Assembly: GCA_013239625.1 (NCBI GenBank)
Contig: MU056050.1
Location: forward strand, 3,272,084-3,336,083
Direction of reading: 5' to 3'
From: Lama guanicoe
Lineage: Eukaryota
DNA: 64,000 nt
Part shown: positions 12,801 to 26,470 of the stretch, piece after piece
Numbering within the stretch: the first letter of the stretch is position 1
Layout: the number at the start of each line of letters is the position of its first letter
The notes under the pieces: model-generated
Databases searched by the model: none
The model's input: the letters and a program-made list of their open reading frames with translations, nothing else
Told to the model about the DNA's origin: nothing
Made by a program: the position numbers and the translations under genes

Positions 12801-13599
12801 TCACTTTAACATCTTCTTATACTTTCTTACCCTGGTTTTAATTTAGACTTGATTGTCTTATAGACTCAGAGTTCAATTTTGACTGATTGATTGATCAACT
12901 CTCATTGGAGTGCTTTTTTTAAAAAATCAATTGATGTGTTATTTGATAAAATATGGTTGCATCTTCATATACAGAAGTTTCAATAGCTTCCACTGGAATG
13001 ACCAGACAATTCAGTCAGACACGTCAATTTAGGCAACATATAAATTTCTTAAAAGAATCAACCTATTTGACAATTTTGATTGACTTGCTTATTTTTATAA
13101 ATCAATCAAAAAGATACATGCGTTTGCTTGCTTATTTATTTATGTATGGATACGCAACCAACTGGTATTTGATATTTCTTAAACTATGCTGACTATAAAG
13201 TTCTACAATACTCATTTGACTTGTAGTCTAATTGCCATTGAATATGGTTATGTCTACATGCATTGATTTGGCGTATCAATTGCAGCTGTTTTTCCACGCA
13301 CAAATTAGTTTGACTATTTTACCTATAAAAGCCAGTGCAGTTATCACAAACTGAAACTAAACAATTCTGGGAAGCAAGTCTGACTGATTCAACTATTAAC
13401 ATAGAGGTTTAAAAACTACTGACTTTATTGAGCTAACTGACCAAATCATTCAGAAACCAAATTGGTTTACACATATAGACAAGGTACTAAAAAAATCAAT
13501 TGTGCAAGAAATAATAGTTGAAATCAATCAAAAACAGTTACTCAGTTCTGTGCAAAGACATAGCCAAAAATATACATAGCAAGAATTACATTTCTATAC

Positions 13600-14822
13600 T
13601 TATTTATTCATTCAAAATATTTGTTGAATACTTACTAAGTGCTCAAAACTATTCTAGAAGCTTTAAATGCTTCAGTGAACCAAACAGTGTAGGATCCCAG
13701 CCCTTGTGGAACTTACAATTCTGATGTGGGAAACAGACAATAAACAACAATCACAGTACATAAGTAAATTATATAGAAGGTGATACATGCTATGGGGGAA
13801 AAAAGAGCAGGGTAAAGGGCACTGGCAGTTTTGGGTTGGGCGGAAGTTACAGCATTATATAATACAGGTCAGAGTCAGCCTTACTGAGGAGACATCTGAA
13901 CAAAGACTTGAGGAGATGTGAGAATTAAACATGCAAAATCTGGAGAAAGAGCATTCCAAGCAGACCACTCAGCTAGGGCAAAATCCCTAAGGCAGAAGTG
14001 TGCTCATGTTGTTGTTTTGTTTGTTTGTTTGTTTTGGAAATTGACAAAGATGCCATTAAGGTGATAGCAGAACTAATAATGGGAAATGTGAAAGGAGTTG
14101 AGGTCAGAGAGGTATCAGGGAGCTAGTTCGGGGAGGGGATTTTAGACCACCATAAATATTTTACTCTGAGTGAAATGAGAAGCCATTGCAATATTTTAAG
14201 TAGACTAGACATTGTAAAAGGATCATTCTGGGAAGCAAGGAGACCTGACAGGGGGCTGCTGGATTAACCAGGTGAGAGATGATGGTGGCTTGGACAAGGG
14301 TGGTCGCAGCAGAGTTGGTAGTAAAGGAACAGTGTTTGCTGACAGAGTGGGTGTAAGGCATGACAGCAAGCTTTCAGGATGATACCAAGGGTTTTAGCCT
14401 GAGCAAGTGGTAGGCTGGAGTTTCCATCAACTGAAATGGGCAAGTCTGGAGCAATTTTCGGGTAGAGAGAAGATTAGGAGTTTCAGTTTTTGGACAAGTG
14501 AATTTTAAGATACCCATTAGACATCCAGGTGAAATTATCAAAGTAAGTTGAAAATGGGCGTTGGAAGAGAGGTCTTGGTTGAGATATGAGTTTGGGACTC
14601 ATCCATATATTACATGACATTTCAAGCATCAAGACCATCTGAGATCAGTAAGTGAGTATAAATGGAGAAGACTCTAGGACAAAGACTGAGCACTGGGACA
14701 CTTCAATATTAAAAAGGTCAGAGAGAAGAGGAAGAATCAGCCAATAAAATAGAGAAGTGACTACTGAGATAAGAGGAAAACTATGAGTGTGGTAATGGTA
14801 ATCCAGAAGCCATGCGAAAAAA
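13600..14822 (-). mobile_element. L2a-like LINE fragment (~1.2 kb)
   Basis: Reversed tail tttattcattcaaaatatttgttgaatacttacta; ccaggtgagagatgatggtggcttggacaagggtggt; ttttagcctgagcaagtgg; cccattagacatccaggtg. Confidence 0.85.
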
Positions 14823-15703
14823 GCATAGAGAACTCACAGATTTGTCAGGGAATGATATACTCTCTTAGTTTTAGACTTTTTTTTTTTTTTAGTGGTCCTT
14901 GTTTAGCAGAGGTAACCCAAGGTTTATAAAAAATGTTATAGAAGGGAAATTTTTGGATTATTTCACAAGGCAGCCAATTTTCTCATAGTAAAATTATAAA
15001 ACCTTTTCACAGAAGACTTGTACAGGCCAAACAGTTTCTCTAGCTGCAGGATTATTTCAGCAAATATAAACTTGCCAAGGAACAATGAAAATAAAAGATA
15101 GGTTATTGCAAAAAAAGCTAATTTTGCACTTACAAGCATCAAAATAAATAAAAATTATGTAAGCATAAACTTCCAGATGATAGCAGTCATATAACTGAAA
15201 ACAAAAAGTTAAAAATATGGATTTTGGAGAATAAAAAAAATGCTATTTAAAGTCAACCACTTAGCATAATAGTCATTTGTTCATGGAAACACAATTATGT
15301 GTACAATGCTGACACTGTTAAATGACAAATACATGTTTTTGGCTTCAAAGGAAAATGGCATGGCATATATATTACATGAAAGATTAGAAATTTGCAGCTG
15401 TCTTTTTGCTTTAAAACTAATTTTCTTTAAAACAAAATTTTGCTAATTTTGGCAGACAATTTTGAAACATAAAACTGCTGGTCCACTGTCTAACAATACT
15501 TCCATGACTTTCTTGCTTTGTCTGTAAGACAAAAACTTGATCTCCAAACATAGCTTTTTTTAAGTAAATAGAAGAGTCTGTCTCTCCCACATAAGGGACT
15601 CTAATTTGATAATGACAATTAAAATAAGCAGGTGACTTAATAGTAAAGAGCAAAATACTACCTTGGTCTAATAGATTTATTTCTCACCTTATTTCAGAAG
15701 GAA

Positions 15704-15723
15704 CACACACACACACACACACA
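15704..15723 (+). repeat. (CA)n microsatellite
   Basis: Visible run. Confidence 0.9.
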
Positions 15724-16194
15724 AACTGTTAAAGAAATAAATCAAGAGCTAAATCTAGGGGTTGTCATAAAGTGAATATTTAATAATCCTACACTCTTAT
15801 TCTTTTAGGGAAGTGTTTTTATTTCATTTCTTTTAAAACATTGTAAAGAGCCCTATAAGCATCAATTAACTATTGGTTATTTTAAAAAGTTGTCTAGAAA
15901 GCAAATGAGTTGGATTCATTCATCTGTGATATCATTTTCATTTTATCTACATTCTAGTTATGTCAAATTAAAAATTTTAATAATACATGGTACAAAGTTC
16001 TAAAAGTACAAAAGGGCACAGAGGAAAATAAATCTTCCTCCAGTTCCTATCCCACAGTTACCTAGTTTCTTTCCACAAATGCATTCAGAATTATCTGTTT
16101 ATTGTGAATATTTCCAGAGAACTTCTATGCATATACAGGCATATATACATGTAGCTCCATTAAAAGTCACACATCACATGTAGAAAACTGGATA

Positions 16195-16446
16195 TCATGT
16201 TCTTTAAACTGCAGGTTTTGACCTAATAGTGGGTTATAAAATAAATGTACTGGGTCACAATTAACATTAGAAAGACATGAAATAAGACAGAATAGAAAAT
16301 GCCAGAGTGTGCTGTTCATAGTAAGGGTAGGTATTGTCTTACAAAAATGTTTTTCTAGTTTTTATTTTTATTTATAGATTCCTTGTGAACTGGGTCACAA
16401 TATAAATTGTATTTCTTACTCTGGGTTACAGACAAAAAGGCCACTT
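16195..16446. mobile_element. Second hAT-Charlie MITE (Charlie18a-like) within the L1M relic
   Basis: Homologous to 4702-4988 by eye. Confidence 0.6.
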
Positions 16447-18354
16447 CTATACGCAATGACTCAAATCCTGTGGCTCTTGTTTAATGCTGTATGTTGAAGA
16501 TTGTTCTACTTCAATACACATAAAGTTGTCTCATTTGTTTGTGTTAAATTTATTAAAAATACTTGAGACATTCATCTATATGAAGAATAACATTGTAAAT
16601 ATTCATGTACCCTTACTACCTAGTTTAAGAAATAAAATATTATAAATAAATATGAAGCAAATATAGTGTCAATAGAGTTGAAATTCCCCTGTGCAGCTCC
16701 CCCTGAACCATTCCACTTCTCCTCCTACCATGTCTATTCCTTCTCCGTAAGGCTGAAGAGTAGAGTATTCCATTGCAGGACTGTACCATAAATTACACAA
16801 GTAGCCTCCTACTGATGAACATTTTGATTGCTATCCCCAATTTTTTGATATTTCAAATAATGCTACTAAGAACATCCTCATACATATCACTGCATACCCA
16901 CTGAATATCTGTATGATAAATTCTGAGAAATGAAATTGCTGAGTCAAAGTAGGGATATGTTTTGCTAGATATTGCCAAATTTCCTTTCATAGAGACTGTA
17001 TCTATTTGTACTCCTAAAATCAATGTTCCATACACGTTTGTCAATAAAGTATATTATCAAATGTTTATTATTGCCAGTGTGATCAATGATAAATAATAAC
17101 TTATAGTTCTTTTATGCATTTCTCTTAGGAGTGAGGTTAACACTTTTCATATGATCATAAACCATCCCCATTTCCTTTTGTATGGCCTATAGCCACTTTT
17201 CCCATTGTATTGTTGAGACATTGTTTCTTATTGACTATAAGTACTCTTTACATAAGAGGAAATTAACCTTTTGTCTTTGGATGATAATAAATACAGCATG
17301 ATAACATTTTTGTTTATGGCTTTTTTTTTTTTTTGCTATATCTAGAAAAGCTTTTCTAGGACAAAATTCTCCTGTCTTTCCTTCTAGTACTTACTTTCAC
17401 ATTCAAAATTTCATTCATCAAGAATTTATTTTGGTGTAGACAGTGAAGTACAGAAACAATTTTATTGTTCTCTAGAAGGCTGCCTAGTTATCTCAACACC
17501 TTTTTAAAGCAATTCATGTTTTCCGTATTGATCTGAAATGCTATCATTATCATATACTATATTCCTATTTGCATTTGGCTCCATTTCCAGGCTTCCTCTT
17601 TCATTCTAACTCTTTATTCATATACTAACATTACATTAATTTAACTAAAATGAACTTCAATATATTTTACTATCTGGCAAACTTACTATCACAACATAAT
17701 GTATTTTCCAAATATTTTCTAGGTGTTCTTGCATGTTTTCTTCTTTTCCCATTTGAACATTACAGCCAGTAAGTCAAATGGCTAATTGATAGTTATTGGA
17801 AGCATGTTAAAATTATAGATTAATTTAGGGAGAGTTTTATGATACTTATCCAGGAACAGGGTAAGGCTTTCCATTTATTTATGTTTTCTTGTATGTTCCT
17901 CAATAGCATTGTTTTATGTGTGTGTATGTGTGAGTGTGTGTCTTGCTGTTTTTGCCAGTTTATTCATAGCCATTTTGGTTGTCACTGTTGCTATTATAAA
18001 AGTAGTAATTTATTCAACTACATTTTCTAATTGGCTGTGGTTAGTATGGAAGAAAACTATTAATTTGGCATCCCAAATTAGTTTACTGAATATTTACCAT
18101 TTGTATTAATTATTGTTTGGTTTTCTTAGATTTTTTTATATATATAATTATATAACCAACAAATGGTTTTTAAATGGCGACAGCTGTTACCTTCACATGG
18201 TGAAAGTGGACATCCTTGTTTTGTTCTTGATTCTAATAGAAATCCATTTAGTGCTTTCTCACTTAGAATAAAACTGGATTTTGTGATTTTACATAAGGAA
18301 TTATATATATTATATATATTTTTATAAAGAACTTTTATCAAAAATTAATGAGTG

Positions 18355-18578
18355 GTAGTACAGTATAGTGGATAAACACAAGGGTTTGGAATCAGATTGC
18401 CTGGGTTTAAATCCTGGCTTTGCCACTTACTAGCTACATAACTTTACCTATCCTCATTATGCCTCAGTTTCCACAATTCTAAATGGGGATATTACTAGTA
18501 CCTAAGTCATAGAGTGATTGTGAGAATTAAACTCATTACTACCTGTAAAATACTTAGAACAGTATCTAGCAGAGAGTA
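18355..18578 (+). mobile_element. MIR SINE
   Basis: ttggaatcagattgcctgggtttaaatcctggctttgccacttactagc ... gcctcagtttcc core. Confidence 0.9.
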
Positions 18579-19489
18579 AAAATTGTGTTTCTTTGATACA
18601 ATGTTGGGTATTATCAAATGCCTTTTGGCATCTACGTAACTTTTCATAGGGTTTGACTCTATTTGTCTATTCATATAGTAAATTAGAGTAACAGAGTTCT
18701 TAATATTGAACTACCCTTGCATTCCCTAGTATGAACTGCACTTAGTTGTAGTGTATTATTCTTTTACTATATTGCTGAACTTTGTTTATTTAAGAATTTT
18801 GCATCAATATTCACAAGTACAATTGATTTGTAGATTTATTTTGTGATTTATTTTCCTGCTTTAGCTCTCAATGCCTTTCTTACTTTCAAAAAATTTTTAA
18901 AAAGATTTGGAAGCTTTCATTTTTGTTATGCTCTGAAACCATTCAAGTAGCATTAAAATGATGTATGTGTTCCTTAAAGTTCTGGCAAATTTTGCATATG
19001 AGACTGTGCTTCAGCTACCTTTTTTAGTTTGAGTGGTTCTTTGTAATTTTATTTCTATTATATAAATGAGAAATTTTCAATTTTCCTCTATCTTCTCAGA
19101 CTAGTTTTGGTCATTCATATTTTTCCTATGAAATCATCTGTTCCACCCAGGTTTTCAAGTATATCTTAAAAGAGGTGCACAAAGTACTCTCTTATGAATC
19201 ATTCAATTTCCTCTTTATCTATAGTTATTTTGACATGCTTATTTATTATCTTCTCCCCTTTTCTTGATTGTTTTATTATTTTATTGCCCCTACCCCAGAA
19301 CTGGCTCCTAGATTTATTCATTAGTTCTAGATTTTTATAATACATATTGTTAAAAAGTCAATTCAATTAACAAATGAGGACATGTCATTCAAAAAAAAGC
19401 AGATTATAAAAGGTTCAATTCTAAAATCAATAAATGACATGTAATTTTAAACATATTTATGTTTTTTTACATTTCATTGAAACATTAGC

Positions 19490-20042
19490 AAAAAAAGGTT
19501 TAAAGTAAATTATCTAGTACTAGTGAAGGAAATGGTCACTTCTCATACTTTGCTAATGGGGGAGTATGAATTCAGAAATAATTTATTAATATCTCTCTTG
19601 AGCCTTAATGTAAACATTATTGAGCCCTGTAATTTTATTTGTAAAAATCTATTACAAGGAAGAAATCAGAAACAGACGAATACTAAAAGTGTCAACTGTA
19701 GCATTTTTATACTAGTGAAATATTAGAAATGTTAATATTCAAAAATAGGATATAGTTAATTAAGTTATATTACATCTACTTAACTAATATATTTAAAATA
19801 GTATTTAATTAACACTTGGTAGCATGGTACATGCTTATGTTTTAATTCAAGTGAAATATCAGGTTGCATGTATCCTTACAAAGTGACATGATGAATAGAA
19901 AACAAAGAAGGGATGCTAATTCACAGGAAAATGTAACCGATATTTTATTGAGGGGCTGCTTGAGGTTTTCTTTTTCTACTTTTCAGTAATTTCTCAATTT
20001 TTTAAATAATCTTTTACTATATTACTTTTATAATAAAAAAAA
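19490..20042 (+). mobile_element. Degraded L1ME-like 3' end
   Basis: gtgaaggaaatggtcacttctcatac, gtagcatttttatactagtgaaa, tattacttttataataaaaaa. Confidence 0.5.
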
Positions 20043-20805
20043 CTTATCAAAGGATAGCCAACTTGCTTCTGAAATAGCCATTGTGATTTCTCTTTTCTCT
20101 AAAGTTATTAATCTAAAATGTAATCTAGAATACATTAAAAAATTTCAATTCCACGTATAAAATTGTGGGCTACTCTGCATTCCCCTTCACACAAACAAAA
20201 AAAGAATTAACTCTGACTAGCAATTTCTTGAATATCCATCAATAGTTAAGAGATGGGCAGTGCAAGGAAACCCAAGTGGCTTTAACACAAACCCATTCTC
20301 AAACCCAGAAAAGAACAACCAAGAGTATGTGTCCTAAGTATGGCAACTGAAGCATCATTTTCAAATTCAGATGACAGTATTATCATTTTATTTCTAGTGA
20401 TATAGGTTCCGCCTTATTTTTCTTATGTTTTCTTTTTTAAAAAATCTACTGATAATCGAACTCTGCAAACACACTAAGTCATTTTGGCTTCTTCTACACT
20501 ATTTAATGTACAAAAAAAGCGATTAAATAATATATCAATATCAATTATGAAGACTAACCTAAATAATTCTAATTTACTTTAATGTTTACATGATTTAAAC
20601 TGTATTTATAGCATAATTTCCTTTACATTCAAGTTTGTTTTCATGTAAATATATCCATGATGCATACTACACGAATGTTTACCATCTAGATATATCATTT
20701 GTACATAAATATTTACATTCTAATCTAAAATTAAATTTTCAAGTAGTTTACTTTTAGAATTGGGGACATTATAATACTGTTAACAATTATATCTATATTT
20801 ACCTT

Positions 20806-20870
20806 CTATCTACCTATCTATCTATCATCTATCTACCTATCTATCTATCTATCTATCATCTGTCTATCAT
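20806..20870 (+). repeat. (TCTA)n / GATA-type tetranucleotide microsatellite
   Basis: Imperfect tcta/tcatcta run. Confidence 0.92.
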
Positions 20871-20884
20871 TTCCATAAAGTATA

Positions 20885-21735
20885 GATGGTTGAATTTGAC
20901 CACTTAAAAATATAAAGCTATAGCTACAAATACAGATGCATCATATGAACCTATTTCAAAAGGCAAATAACAGACTAGAAAAAATGCATAATATGTGACC
21001 GAGGTTTTTTTCATCCCTTACATATGAAATATTCTTGAAAATTAATAATTTGAAAATTTGAATAAAAATGGGCAAAAAATGTAAACAGACAATTCACAAA
21101 AGAGAAATGCAAATGGTCCATTAACATACAAAAAGATGCCCAAGCTCACTCACTAGTACACTGCAAAATAATAGCACAAAAAGATACTATATTTCATCTA
21201 GCAGATTGGGTATGAGGAATCTTCCATCATTGCCAGTGTTGATAAGGATATGGGAAAACAGATGCACTAATAATATATACATTAGTAGGAAGAAAAATTG
21301 GTTGTTTAAAGGCAAAATTTGGTAATATCTATAAAAATGTTAAATGTACATATCCTTGTCCCATCCTTTCTACTTCTAAGAAATTATCCAACAGGTATGC
21401 AAAAAGATGTTTACAAGGATGTTAAGTACAGCACTATTTCTAATATCAAAGCACTGGAAACTCACTTGTCCGTACAGGGGACTGACTAAATAAAAAATGA
21501 TACATACAGAAACAGAATACTACAGAGCTATTAAAAAGAATAAGGCCATTACAAAGTCAACTGCACTGTCTTTGTAGATCTATACTACAAATATGGGAAA
21601 ATATCCAAGACATAACATTAACTAGAAAAAAGTTATTGGTATTTTTATAGTATGCTATCCCATCTGACAATGTACAGAACATTTGGGGAATGACACATGA
21701 TACACTGTTAACACTGGCTACCTCTCAGGAGTGTC
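20885..21735 (+). mobile_element. L1ME-like ORF2 end and 3'UTR
   Basis: aaaatgggcaaaaaatgtaaacagacaattcacaaaagagaaatgcaaatgg; gaatactacagagctattaaaaagaat..gg...tagatcta. Confidence 0.75.
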
Positions 21736-23184
21736 TTGATAATTTCTTGCCCTGGTGATATGACTCTTTATATTCCCAAAAGTTATGAAATTACTTGAAA
21801 GATTGGTTTGCCAGTTAATAACTTTTATTTTCTTGCATATGCATGATGGAATCTTTGTAGTCTTACAACTTCTATATTTTATATAGAAGTATAAAGAAGA
21901 AGGATTTTTTTATTCTAAACCTGTTTTTACTGTTTTAATTTTTAAACCATCAGCTGATATTACTTTAACACTAAAAAAAATAGTAGTTAAAATTACCTAC
22001 TAAAAAAGAAAATATGAGCTTGTTATATCTAACTTTATAATGGCTTGAAATTTCAATATCATCAAAATTGTTTTCAATTGTGAGAGTATCACAGTCATCA
22101 CAGAAGTGTCTCACCCACACATAAAGGAATCCCAGTGACTTACACACTTCCTCTGATAGTGTCTCATCTCCAAAGGAACCATTACAAAGTCAACTGCACT
22201 GTCTTATACATGCCTAATGGGTCCAACAGAGCCATTAGGATGTCAGTTATATGGTAGGGCTCCTGCCAAAGCTATTACCAAGTCATTGCATTGTTTCACA
22301 CACTTCCTTCGACATTCAGATAGTTCCTGAGGAACTGTTATCATTGCCGTGGAAGTGTCCTGTATAACTTACACTATCAGGGGAAAACAAAAAAGCAAAA
22401 GAAAGAAATGTAAAAGAAACAAATTCCTTCCATTAAATGCACATGAATGGCCCCACATGGTCAAATATCAGAAGGAGTAACTCCTCATTTGGGTATAACT
22501 ATTACACGTCATTCAAGAAATCCAGGTGTTAGGCTAGCTATTTTTCACCACTCCTGCTGTTCCAATGAAGCGATTCAGGGTCTGAGAATGACATATGCAT
22601 GGCTATGGTGGTACGGTGTTTATTGGTAGCACATGGTATATTACCAGGTTTCGGTGGTATGCAGTACAGAAGCAATAGGGAGTAGAGCTAATGGACTGTT
22701 TGGCTATTATGGGATTGTATCAGATAATCCCTTACCTGTAAAGTTCCTGAACAGCACATAGGGAGCTCAGCTGCCCAACAATCACGGAAATAAACGGGCT
22801 TCTGAGTAGTTGAAATCCCAGTTCTATCTTAAGGGGCTACTACAATGACAATAGGAAATACAATAGTACAAAGTTAACACTCAGCCAGGTCTGAAGTGCT
22901 TCATTGGATTTCCTCTCACAGTCTTCTATGCTTAGCAGAACAAGATTGTTGGCTATTAAAATGATGTAAGATTAAGACAAGTTCAAGGAATTTTATCCAG
23001 TTTCAAATGAGGAGAGAGTAGGCTGAACACTACTAGGCTAGAGTTTCCTGGGACACCAGATGTCTCAGAAGCCACAATGAATGTCTGGCTAATCCTTGAT
23101 GAAAGAGATTTCACCCTGTAGCACCTACTCCACAATACATGATGCATAATAAATTCTTGTTGTGTGACAGATAACAACCACAAC

Positions 23185-23428
23185 TAAGATTTGTTGGGCA
23201 TTTAATATATAACAAGCACTCTGTAACGTGCTACATATCCATTTTCTCTTTTAATCTTCACACACACACCAAACTGAAATAGGTAATGTCTCCATTTGAC
23301 AGACAAGGAAACCGAGGCTTGGAGAGCTTTAGTTACCTGTCCAAGGACACACAGTAGGTAAGTGGCAGAACCAAGTCACAAACTTAGGTCTATCTTATAC
23401 CATAGTCCATGTTCTTAATCACTTGCTA
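23185..23428 (-). mobile_element. MIR SINE
   Basis: ccatttgacagacaaggaaaccgaggcttggagag...ccaaggacacacag...gtaagtggcagaacc. Confidence 0.88.
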
Positions 23429-23684
23429 TATGGGGAATATATGGGGTTTATTTAGAATGTGTTAATATAATGATTTTTACTTTAACAAATGGTTTCATAT
23501 CCCTTGTGTTCTGATAGCAAGCTGTACATATTTTTATCATGGCATTAACTGAATTGTATTAAAATTAGCTCTTTATCATCTCTGGTAGATCTTTTTGAGT
23601 ATATATGCCCACTTCACTCTGCCCTGCATTGAGAACTGCTCTAAGAATCCAATGGGTGGGTTCCCAGAAAGCAACATTTGTATT

Positions 23685-24075
23685 GCTGACCTGATTGGAG
23701 CTAATGGGTCCAGTGGTAGAGATCTGACTCAAATGGGGAAAATTATTTTGTCTCATTGGATTTTACAAATGGCATTGAAAAATATCCAGTTAATCTCAAC
23801 TTCTTTCCTAAACGGAAGAACTATAAACTGGGGAACGGTATGAGGTTTTATGCCTGCCTTGTGGAAGGAGACTTAGAGAAAGTCAATCTGAAGAGACAGG
23901 ACTAAAGGAAATGGATTCAGAAGCAAGAGGCAAAGTCCAGTCAAGTCTTCTGAGCTAGTCTCTTCTTGTGGTCTAGCCACACTCTTGCCCTGGTCCATGA
24001 AGCATTCTCATGCCCTTTTTGTAAATTTGTGTTTTTTTTAAGCTAGCTCAGGTTGGTTTCTGTTACCTGCAATAA
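23685..24075 (+). mobile_element. Ancient ERVL-type LTR (LTR16-like)
   Basis: gacctgattgg start; ending ttaagctagctcaggttggtttctgttacctgcaa is typical of LTR16/MLT ends. Confidence 0.5.
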
Positions 24076-24114
24076 CAATAATAAATAATAATAAACAATC
24101 CTAACGAAAAGAGC

Positions 24115-24240
24115 ATCTATTTTACCCACTAGACTGTAAATTCCTTGAGGGTGGAGCTGGTATACTGGTCATTTTTACACATCCCCAATCTCCAATACAG
24201 AGCCTGGCAAAGAGTGGGTGCTCCATAAATATTGCTTGCA
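24115..24240 (+). mobile_element. L2 extreme 3' end
   Basis: cccactagactgtaaattccttgagggt...cagagcctggca...gtgctccataaatattg. Confidence 0.75.
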
Positions 24241-26099
24241 CAGAAATATCATTATTAACAAGAATATCGCCATAAATAATTTCTTTGCAATTTATACTTT
24301 ATTAATGAAAGGTTACAAATGCTTTTCTCTACCTATTTCCCTCTATTTAGCTTCTTGATAAGCAATTTCATTTTCACATTTTATAATCCAAATGTTTCAC
24401 TTAAGCCATATGTGAAAAACACATTCTTGGAAATTGATTATTCAAATTTAGCTACTGCTATAGTTTTTTTTCCTCCAGCCTAATGTAGAGTCAAATGTAA
24501 TTACTGAGGAATACCCTAATCACAGAGGTTAATGCTCAAGTAGGACTACCAAAGCCTTCTAAGAAAGGCCCACTGGATCACCTGTCAGAGGCAGAGTGTG
24601 TGTTACATGACCAGAGGCTTGACCCACTGGAGCATTTCTATTAGAGAAGATCTACAAAAATATACCATCTCTCAGGTTCAACTTTTCCCCTCGGAGCAAA
24701 GCACATTTCTCATTTATTTAGTGCCTCCTGTGCTCCAGATCCAGTGGCTAAGTAGTAAAGCAAAACCAGTGAATAAACCAAGTAGCTTCCTGGCTGGTAC
24801 TTACTAAAAACCTTTCTAAAGATAGAAAGCACACAACTCAAGTATTAGCCTATAATGAATAGTCATGGTGGCAGTAATGTGAAATGGGAGTATAAAAGAG
24901 GTGAAGTGAATAAAGCATTATGATTGACATCAAAGTGTCCTCCTCCTGAGCCTCAAGATGAAGCTACCTTGAGTAAATCTGCATTTTTCCAACAGATGAT
25001 TAAGCATCAATAGTGCTCTGACTACCCTGTGAAAGTCAAGAAATCCAGATTCTCTTCTGTTACCTGCTGCTCTCCCTTTCCTGTACTTCAGACTTCTCAG
25101 TCTATTTCGGTGCTGAAATTGAGGGTGATTTATTTTAACTCTCCATGGGTTAAAGCGTATCGGAGACTTCAATTAAGGGTAACCAACTAGAGTTTATGAA
25201 AATGAGGAAAAAATAAATATTTTGAAAGGCTTGCTCAATTAATTAAATGAAAGAAATAAGTCCTCACAGACACAGTTTTGGAAATAGAAGTAGAAAACCC
25301 AAGTCATAATCTCCTAGGATGAATAGAATTCAAAGCGTCTTTGAAATCACATCTCAGAATCTTTCTCATTTGAACATCGCACCCAAATAACAGTTTCCCC
25401 ATCTTCACTTTTTTTTCCACATTTACAAGAGTGAAGTTTAAATCACCCTAAAATGATCCACGATATTGTGCTCACTGCCTCATCGATAATCTACAAATCA
25501 GAATCCATAGGAAGACAGAAACAAAATAAAATGTCACTGATGCTAACTGAGGTACAGGGATATAGGACAGTCTGAGGTAGTGATGCATATAAATCCTAAA
25601 AATTCTAAGCTGTTTCACTCTTTTCAAATATAGTATATACAAACTCAAATTACTGAAACATTTTTTCAGGCTAGGCCTGCTTTCATGAATGGATGAGATC
25701 AATGGGAAATAAATAGCATCATATGCACACAAACATGAAGATCAATTCATTGAAAATAACTTATTTCTTCAAATTACCATGTCTTTTAGAAAAACCATTT
25801 ACACTCTCATCTCAATTCAAACCTCCTCTGTGAGGATCTATGGAAATGTTGAAGGCAGGCCAGGCCTGGTTATCACTGACTGAAAAGTTAAGGAATCCAA
25901 ATTGGTGAAATCTTACTCTTGGTCATAAATAAGCTTCTAAAGTGTATACTCCTTATTGGAAATGATTAGTATGAGGAAGAGTTGCAGAACTCTAACTGAG
26001 CAGAGAAAAGTTGTTCAAATTCATGTCTTATATTCATACATGATCCACGGGAGGAAAAAAGTGGCTACCTGGAAAACAATCAATTGCATTTAGCTAACT

Positions 26100-26470
26100 G
26101 GTTTCTAAATTACTGTTCCTCCTATGTAAAATGTTGATAACAATAATCTATTCCACAGATTGGTCATGAGGATGAAATAAGATAAAGATATTAAAAGTAT
26201 GTTTGGAAATTGTGAAGTGCTGATCAATAATAAAAGTGAACATTCATGTTGTACTTACATGTTACAAGTACTATTCTTAACCTTTATATACATTAATTTA
26301 TTCAATCATCACAAAATCTTAGAATTAGATACCAATACTATCCTTGTTTTACAAATGATGAAATTCAGGCACAGAAACCATATACAACTCTCCCAAGGTC
26401 ACACAGCTGAGATTTAAGTCTAAGCTGACCTGGCTATATGGTATAAACTTTTCATCACTATGCTCTATTG
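26100..26470. mobile_element. Two adjacent MIR fragments in opposite orientation
   Basis: + strand: ttcctcctatgtaaaatg...gaggatgaaataagata; - strand: ttttacaaatgatgaaattcaggcacaga...cccaaggtcacacagct. Confidence 0.7.

Larger units (their letters stand above)
15960..19350 (-). mobile_element. Fragmented ancient L1M (L1ME-like) 3' region and ORF2, interrupted by later insertions
   Basis: Reverse L1 motifs gaaattgctgagtcaaag, ttgccaaatttcctttc, atagattaatttagggaga; the minus-strand peptide at 18126-18341 contains SRTKQGCPLSP, an RT motif relic. Confidence 0.75.
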
